From Chloroflexota bacterium (GTDB lineage: Bacteria; Chloroflexota; UBA11872; UBA12225; JAJDUF01), in contig DAOUJP010000010.1 of the NCBI GenBank assembly GCA_034422515.1, forward strand, positions 200,123 through 264,122: 64,000 bases of DNA, given 5' to 3'. A program made the position numbers and the translations under genes. Shown here piece by piece: positions 56,991 through 64,000 of this stretch (its first letter is position 1; each line of letters begins with the position of its first letter). A model generated the notes under the pieces. It saw nothing but the letters and a program-made list of their open reading frames with translations. It was not told where the DNA came from and did not search any database.

Positions 56991-59519
56991 TCAGGTTGCG
57001 GGACAGCCCCACTGGCCCTCGACGCTGTGTATGCCCTCAATCCACACCCGGAAGGCGTCGTTAGCTGGCACGCACAGCCCCGTGTTGTGGAAGTGAAAAT
57101 TATGCAGCCTCGTCAACCTCGTCAGACTCTGCGGTAGCGGCCCGGTCAAGTTGTTACTGTAGAACCACAGCGACGTGAGGTTAGTCAGATCGCCCCACTC
57201 AGCCGGTATTGGGCCTGTCAACTCGTTGTTGGTGAGGCTCAACCAAGTGAGGCTAGTCAGATTACCCCACTCAGCCGGTAGCGGCCCGGTCAGGTTGTTG
57301 TCACCGAGGTTCAAATAGGTAAGGCTGGTCAGATTGCCCCACTCGGCCGGTAGCGGCCCGGTCAGGTCGTTGCCGTCGAGGTTCAGTCTCTCAAGTCTGG
57401 TCAGTCTGCCCAGTTCCGCTGGCAGCGGCCCCGCCAGGCTATTACCGAGACCTACAAATCCACTGACTGAACCGAGGTCCAGGCTGGTGACGCGGCCGTT
57501 GCGGTCAGTTTCGACGCCGGCCCAGAGCCTGAGTGGTGCGTCGCTCAACCAGTTCCGTTTGATCCTCCAGTTCGCGCCGTCCGTCGCATTGTAGAGCGCA
57601 ACGAGCACGGCCCGGTCCGAGGCCGGTCCTGGCTCCGGGGTGTTCGTTGGGCTGGGTGTGGGAGATGCCGGCGGCTCCGGCGTAGGTCTGGCGGTAGCCG
57701 CTGGCGCATTGGCCGGAGGCACTGCTGCTGTGTTGCTGCAGAACGGGAGGCCCGCCTCGTCGAAGTCGTTCCTAGCGACACGGCGCAGTGCCGGCGGCAG
57801 GCATCCGGTGAGTGCATTGCCGCCGAGGGACAAGAACCCCAGGTTGGCGAGCGAACCGAGTTGAGGCGGTACGACGCCCGACAGTTGATTGATGTTGAGA
57901 GTCAACGCTCGCAGGTTGACGAGAGAGCCTAGTTGGGGTGGGATAGGCCCGGACAGTTGGTTGGTGTCGAGCCACAACTGCTCCAGGTAGGTGAGGGCGC
58001 CCAGTTCGGGCGGAATGGGGCCGGACAACTGGTTTTCGCTGAGTCCTAATCCCTGCAATTTGGCGATGGCGCCCAACTGAGGCGGGATAGTGCCGGTCAA
58101 CTGGTTGTCGCTGAGATACAACACCTCCAGGTTAGCGATGGCACCCAGTTCCGGCGGGATGGTACCGGTCAGTTGGTTGTGGCCGAGGGACAACTCCCGC
58201 AGTTGCGAAAGGGTGCCCAACTGGGAGGGGGTCGTGCCGGTCAATTGGTTGACGTGGAGCCAGAGGCCCTGTAGCGAGACGAGGGTACCCAATTCGGGCG
58301 GGACGGGGCCGGTCAGTTGGTTGTAGCCGAGGGACAACTCCCGCAGTTGCGAGAGGGTGCCCAATTGCGAGGGGATGGCGCCAGTCAGTCGGTTGTCTCG
58401 GAGGTCCAACGATTGCAAGTGAGTGAGAGCGCCCAACTGAGGGGGAATAGTGCCGGTCAGCTTGCGATCAGACAGGACCAGCATGACTACCCGATGCGGC
58501 GCGCCGCCGATGGTGATGCCGTCCCAGTTGGCAACAGCAAGGTCCGCGCTCCAGTTCAGCGTGGCGCTACCGGCCAGCGTGTCTTTAGCTTGCAGCAGCG
58601 CCGTGCAATCCGCGACTAGGCCGGGGTTGTCCTGTGGTGCGGAAACCGCGATGCCATTGGCGCATGGTGATACGGTGGCCGTGGGAGCGGTGGCCGTGGG
58701 CACACCGGTCGGTGTCAAGGTAGGGGTAGGTACAGTCGTCGGAGTCACTGGGGGAGAGATGGCCGCCGCGGTAACGGTTGATGCACCGGTCGGCGTCAAG
58801 GTAGGGGTAGGTACAGCCGTCGGAGTCGCTGGCGGTGTGGTAGCAGTGGCGGTACGCTCCGTAGTCCCCGCACCCGTCTCACCAAACCAGCGCACTGCCA
58901 CCGCCTTGACTCTGGGAATGGTAATGCTCTGCCCAGAGATGGACTCGTACCGTTCTAACCAGGCTACTGCGCCGACAAACTCTATCCGGTCGTCCTCCAG
59001 CAACCGCCGCCCCGTGTAGTCGGCAAGATAGACAATGGCGCTGCTTAAAGAGTCCGGCTCGACATCGACTCGAAAGTCGTAGGTGTCTTCCCCATGCTCG
59101 ATGACTTGGACAATCTTGCCGCGGAAGTAGAAGTGCTGCCCGATGTACTGCTCGTTGTTTCTGAACAGTTCTCTATAGCCGATAGTCGGAATCTGTGCTC
59201 TGCGCTCCTCCCAGGTGGGCGTAGCGGTAGCTGCTGCCTGGCGGGAAGGCACTTGCTGGACCACCGGTGACGCAGCGGCCTCGGGGCGTGGCTCGGTCTC
59301 CTGGTCGGAGAACGAGACGGCTAAGGCGATCACGACGATGGCGAGGCCAACCAACAAGGATGTCGTTACCCCGAGCAGCCACAGGAGTAGGCGCCGGCAG
59401 CCCCCACTCTGCCGGCCAAGTAGCCGGTCACTGACACGCACTAAGCGACTGTGGAAGAGGGACAGATCCACCTTACCGGCGTCGAATGAATCTACATTTG
59501 GTGGGGACTTCTCGCTCAT
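56991..59519 (-). CDS. Large plant-type leucine-rich-repeat (LRR) protein with N-terminal TM anchor and Pro/Thr-rich linkers
   Basis: TM LLLWLLGVTTSLLVGLAIVVIAL; PT linkers TPTAVPTPTLTPTG twice; more than 12 tandem 24-residue repeats LxxLxxLxLxxNxLTGxIPxxLGx and a second LRR block at the C-terminus (GNLTSLTYLNLGDNNLTGPLPAEWG). Confidence 0.85.
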   Translation of the reverse strand: MSEKSPPNVDSFDAGKVDLSLFHSRLVRVSDRLLGRQSGGCRRLLLWLLGVTTSLLVGLAIVVIALAVSFSDQETEPRPEAAASPVVQQVPSRQAAATATPTWEERRAQIPTIGYRELFRNNEQYIGQHFYFRGKIVQVIEHGEDTYDFRVDVEPDSLSSAIVYLADYTGRRLLEDDRIEFVGAVAWLERYESISGQSITIPRVKAVAVRWFGETGAGTTERTATATTPPATPTAVPTPTLTPTGASTVTAAAISPPVTPTTVPTPTLTPTGVPTATAPTATVSPCANGIAVSAPQDNPGLVADCTALLQAKDTLAGSATLNWSADLAVANWDGITIGGAPHRVVMLVLSDRKLTGTIPPQLGALTHLQSLDLRDNRLTGAIPSQLGTLSQLRELSLGYNQLTGPVPPELGTLVSLQGLWLHVNQLTGTTPSQLGTLSQLRELSLGHNQLTGTIPPELGAIANLEVLYLSDNQLTGTIPPQLGAIAKLQGLGLSENQLSGPIPPELGALTYLEQLWLDTNQLSGPIPPQLGSLVNLRALTLNINQLSGVVPPQLGSLANLGFLSLGGNALTGCLPPALRRVARNDFDEAGLPFCSNTAAVPPANAPAATARPTPEPPASPTPSPTNTPEPGPASDRAVLVALYNATDGANWRIKRNWLSDAPLRLWAGVETDRNGRVTSLDLGSVSGFVGLGNSLAGPLPAELGRLTRLERLNLDGNDLTGPLPAEWGNLTSLTYLNLGDNNLTGPLPAEWGNLTSLTWLSLTNNELTGPIPAEWGDLTNLTSLWFYSNNLTGPLPQSLTRLTRLHNFHFHNTGLCVPANDAFRVWIEGIHSVEGQWGCPAT

Positions 59520-59610
59520 CGCTTATCCACATTGCTACCGGCGCGGGGGAATGTACTTCCTGGCACCGATGGACTCCGGCGAAAGCTGGAGTGACGGGAT
59601 TAGGCGGGGT

Positions 59611-60471
59611 TTATTTGGCTGGCCTTACCATGTCGGGAAAGGCGGCATCCAAGCCGTGCTGCTCGCACCAGGCACGTAGGGGCACGTCTTCGTCTTTGGG
59701 CAGGGAGAAGGCCATGTGGGTGGCCCAGGCACCGAGGAGTTGCCAACGGATCGGGTCGTCCTTGACCTTGGCGATCAGCTCCGGGGGCTGGGTCACGAAG
59801 TCCAGGGGGCGGAGCCAGCGGTAGCTGTAGCCCATGAAAATGGTCTTGCGGGTGATGGTACTGAGATTGGGGCCGACTGCGTGAAAGAGGCGGTTCTCGA
59901 ATAGGACGGCATCGCCGGGGTTGGCGAGGACTTCGATGGCACCGTCGGGGTCAACCGCGCCCTCCTGATGTGAGGGGCGGCCGAGGCGCGCGTGGCTGCC
60001 GGGAATGAAGCGGGTATTGCCGCGACCGGGTTGGCTGAGGTCGCTGAGGACGTAGCAAATCTTCAGGCGCATCCGCGGCAGCGGCTCCGGCAGTTGGCGG
60101 ACGGCAATCCCGCCGTCGCGGTGCCAGCCGATGGCTTTGTAGGCGGCGGCCGTATCCGCCGGCTGTGGCGGCCGGACGATGACGTGCGAGGTGTCGAGCT
60201 GGACGTTCCAGCCGAGGATGTACGGCACCAGGGAGACCGTCTCCGGCCAGTCGAGCAAGGGGAGGAATACATCGTCGTGGGCAATGCAGTTGCGTAGCTC
60301 GAATGCGCCGGCTTGGTTGAGCCGGTCCTCGCGCACGGCCGCTTGATAGAGGCGATCTATCGTTGCGGTCAGGCGTTCGATTATGTCCTGGTCCAGCACA
60401 CCCGGCACGATCAGATAACCGTTCGTCTCCAAGAAGCTCTGCTGCTCATCAGTCATCGCTACGAACTGCAT
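59611..60471 (-). CDS. Phytanoyl-CoA dioxygenase (PhyH)-family Fe(II)/2-oxoglutarate oxygenase
   Basis: N-terminal LTDEQQSFLETNGYLIVPGVL; HxD at GWHRDGG; distal His in LFHAVGPN. Confidence 0.7.
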   Translation of the reverse strand: MQFVAMTDEQQSFLETNGYLIVPGVLDQDIIERLTATIDRLYQAAVREDRLNQAGAFELRNCIAHDDVFLPLLDWPETVSLVPYILGWNVQLDTSHVIVRPPQPADTAAAYKAIGWHRDGGIAVRQLPEPLPRMRLKICYVLSDLSQPGRGNTRFIPGSHARLGRPSHQEGAVDPDGAIEVLANPGDAVLFENRLFHAVGPNLSTITRKTIFMGYSYRWLRPLDFVTQPPELIAKVKDDPIRWQLLGAWATHMAFSLPKDEDVPLRAWCEQHGLDAAFPDMVRPAK

Positions 60472-60574
60472 CGGTGTAGCCTCCTAGGAGCATAGCCGCC
60501 GGATGCGCCGGTCAGACTTCTGGCAAGCATACGGTCTCGGCGGTGTGCGGGCAAGCCCCGGCGTTGCCAACCCT

Positions 60575-60700
60575 GGCCCCCCTACAGCATGTCCCATACC
60601 CACCCCTGTCGGGGACCATAGCGGAGCGCGCCGCCAGCCCACGCCTCATCCCCTCCCCTGTCGGGACGGGGGAGGGCTAGGGTGGGGGCCTGCCCTCCTC
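60575..60700. repeat. Repeat cluster: B-like then C
   Basis: GGCCCCCCTACAGCATGTCCC...GGGGACCATAG then CCCTCCCCTGTCGGGACGGGGGAGGGCTAGGGTGGGGGCC. Confidence 0.7.
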
Positions 60701-62065
60701 CCCCGAATCCGCGCGCCAGCGCCTGATCTGGGTGAGGCGCTCGCGGATGGTCGCTTCCGCGCCGTCGCGACCCGGTTGGTAGAACGGGCCTGACACGCCG
60801 GCAGGGAGATAGTGCTGGCGGTAGCGCCGCGGGTCGTCGCTGGAGAAGTCGTGGCTGTACTCGTAGCCTTGGCCGTAGCCGAGCTGCTGCGCGCCGCTGA
60901 ACGAGGCGTTGCGGAGGTGGAGGGGCACTTCCAGGCTGGCGCCGGACTCGATGGCTGCTTGCGCTTGCCACACGGCCTTGGCGGCGCTCACCGATTTCGG
61001 GGCCGTGGCCAGGTAGACGGTGGCGTGGGCGAGGATGAGACCGGCCTCGGGTAGCCCGACGCGCTCTACGGACTCGTAGGCCGCCGTGGCGACCACAAGG
61101 CCCTGGGAGTCGGCGAGGCCAATGTCTTCCGAGGCGGAGATGACCAGCCGGCGGGCGATGAAGCGTGGGTCTTCGCCGGCTTTGAGCATCTTGGCGAGCC
61201 AAAATACCGCGCCGTCGGGATCGCTGCCGCGAATGCTCTTGATGAAGGCCGAGATGGTCTGATAGTGGTCGTCGCCGGTTTGGTCGTAGCGTACCTGCCG
61301 GCGCTGGATCGCCGTCTCGACGGTCTCAATCGTGACGGGCCGGCGGCCGGTAGTGTCGGTGGGCGCGATGTCTACGGCCGCTTCCAGGCCGTTGAGCGCG
61401 ATGCGTGCGTCGCCGCCGGAGGTAGCGACGAGTAGATCGAGCGCGTCGGCAGCCACCTCCACGTCCTCGCGGCCTAAGCCGCGCTCCTCATCGCGCAGGG
61501 CACGCTGGAGGAGCAGCTTGATCGTCTCGGCGGGAAGCGGCTCCAGCCGGAGGATGCGAACGCGCGAACGGAGCGCCGGGACCAGATCGAAATAGGGATT
61601 CTCACTCGTCAGCCCGATCAGGAGGACCAGGCCGTCCTCGACGGCCGGCAGCAAGACCTCCTGCTGCGTGCGGCTCCACTTGTGGGCCTCGTCGAGCACC
61701 AAGGCCGTCCGGCGGCCTTGGGTGCGGCTGCGACGGGCGGCCGTGAGGACGCGACGAAGGTCGGCGACGCCGGAGGTGACAGCACTGAGCGAATGGGCCT
61801 CAATCGCCAACGCGCGGACGAGGAGTTGGGCGAGGCTGGTCTTGCCAGTGCCGGGCGGTCCCCAGAGAATGACCGAGCCGAGGCGGCGCTGCTCCAGCGC
61901 GCGGCGCAGCGCCTTGCCGGGACCGAGCAAGTGCTCCTGGCCGGCGAACTCGTCCACCGTGCGGGGCCGCATCCGCACGGCGAGCGGCTGGTGTGGGTCG
62001 GGCGGCGGTTCGAAGAGCGCGGGCTGGCCCGGTGCGACCGGCGGCTGGGGCGCATTGCGCGGCAT
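60677..62065 (-). CDS. rarA: Replication-associated recombination protein A (AAA+ ATPase RarA/MgsA)
   Basis: Walker A ILWGPPGTGKTSLA; Walker B ALVLDEAH; sensor-1 and arginine finger; MgsA C-terminal domain. The ORF-track N-terminal 70 aa run through repeats C and B, so the start was set at MPRNAPQ. Confidence 0.85.
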   Translation of the reverse strand: MPRNAPQPPVAPGQPALFEPPPDPHQPLAVRMRPRTVDEFAGQEHLLGPGKALRRALEQRRLGSVILWGPPGTGKTSLAQLLVRALAIEAHSLSAVTSGVADLRRVLTAARRSRTQGRRTALVLDEAHKWSRTQQEVLLPAVEDGLVLLIGLTSENPYFDLVPALRSRVRILRLEPLPAETIKLLLQRALRDEERGLGREDVEVAADALDLLVATSGGDARIALNGLEAAVDIAPTDTTGRRPVTIETVETAIQRRQVRYDQTGDDHYQTISAFIKSIRGSDPDGAVFWLAKMLKAGEDPRFIARRLVISASEDIGLADSQGLVVATAAYESVERVGLPEAGLILAHATVYLATAPKSVSAAKAVWQAQAAIESGASLEVPLHLRNASFSGAQQLGYGQGYEYSHDFSSDDPRRYRQHYLPAGVSGPFYQPGRDGAEATIRERLTQIRRWRADSGEEGRPPP

Positions 62066-62154
62066 TGGCGACCTCCACGACACGCTGCGGCGAGTTGCAC
62101 AGCGAGGCTGAACGCTACGTCCGAGGATGTTAACGGGAAAAAGCGTCCGGGGTG

Positions 62155-62275
62155 CCTGGCCCCCACCCTCGCCCTCCCCCGTCCCGACGGGGGAGGGAAC
62201 ATGTCGTGCCTCCACCGCAGCGGCCCACGCCGCCGTCCCCCTGCCGCAGCGGGGGGACCATAGGGGGGCCAGCAC
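62155..62275. repeat. Repeat cluster: C then reverse-orientation B
   Basis: CCCTCCCCCGTCCCGACGGGGGAGGG ... CGCAGCGGGGGGACCATAGGGGGGCC. Confidence 0.8.
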
Positions 62276-62284
62276 CGGCAGCGT

Positions 62285-63985
<1,701 letters not shown>

Positions 63986-64000
63986 GGTGTGTTGTTCCCT

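Overview
64 kb of a high-GC (about 65%) bacterial chromosome with around 60 genes. Gene content has a Chloroflexi/Thermomicrobia-like flavour (plant-type LRR protein, ankyrin protein), but that is an impression and was not tested. Housekeeping content includes a two-component system, clpS, a TrmH-family methylase, an Hsp20, three ECF sigma factors (one with a zf-HC2 anti-sigma), lexA with a Cheo-type box, rplU-rpmA, fabF-accB, purC, pepF, rarA and an ABC-F ATPase. There is a carbohydrate cluster (GH4, CE4, aldo/keto reductase, sugar-binding lipoprotein, tandem CE7 esterases) and a ketone-body cluster (thiolase, CoA-transferase, SDR). Intergenic regions carry five families (A to E) of short G/C-rich hairpin repeats. 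These repeats inflate many N-terminal extensions in the supplied ORF track, and several starts were trimmed for that reason. Stretches of lower GC (about 6.6-9.0 kb, 23.4-24.9 kb next to tRNA-Gly, 37.4-39.0 kb, 51.1-52.9 kb) plus a 0.9 kb AT-rich non-coding stretch at 56.1-57.0 kb hold most of the accessory and defence-like content. The strongest candidate for an undescribed system is a translationally coupled minimal nucleotidyltransferase plus a GajA/OLD/PARIS-like ABC-ATPase with a Toprim-like C-terminus at 31.95-34.04 kb. Other candidates are a Panacea-domain antitoxin with an unknown partner at 23.4-24.9 kb; a methyltransferase::Mrr fusion with a YefM-like gene at 50.0-52.9 kb that splits the ketone-body cluster; a higBA pair with a frameshifted toxin; a PD-(D/E)xK nuclease beside a gene interrupted by an in-frame TAG; and an ECF sigma reading straight into purC. 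All family assignments come from motif recognition by eye; no database search was possible.
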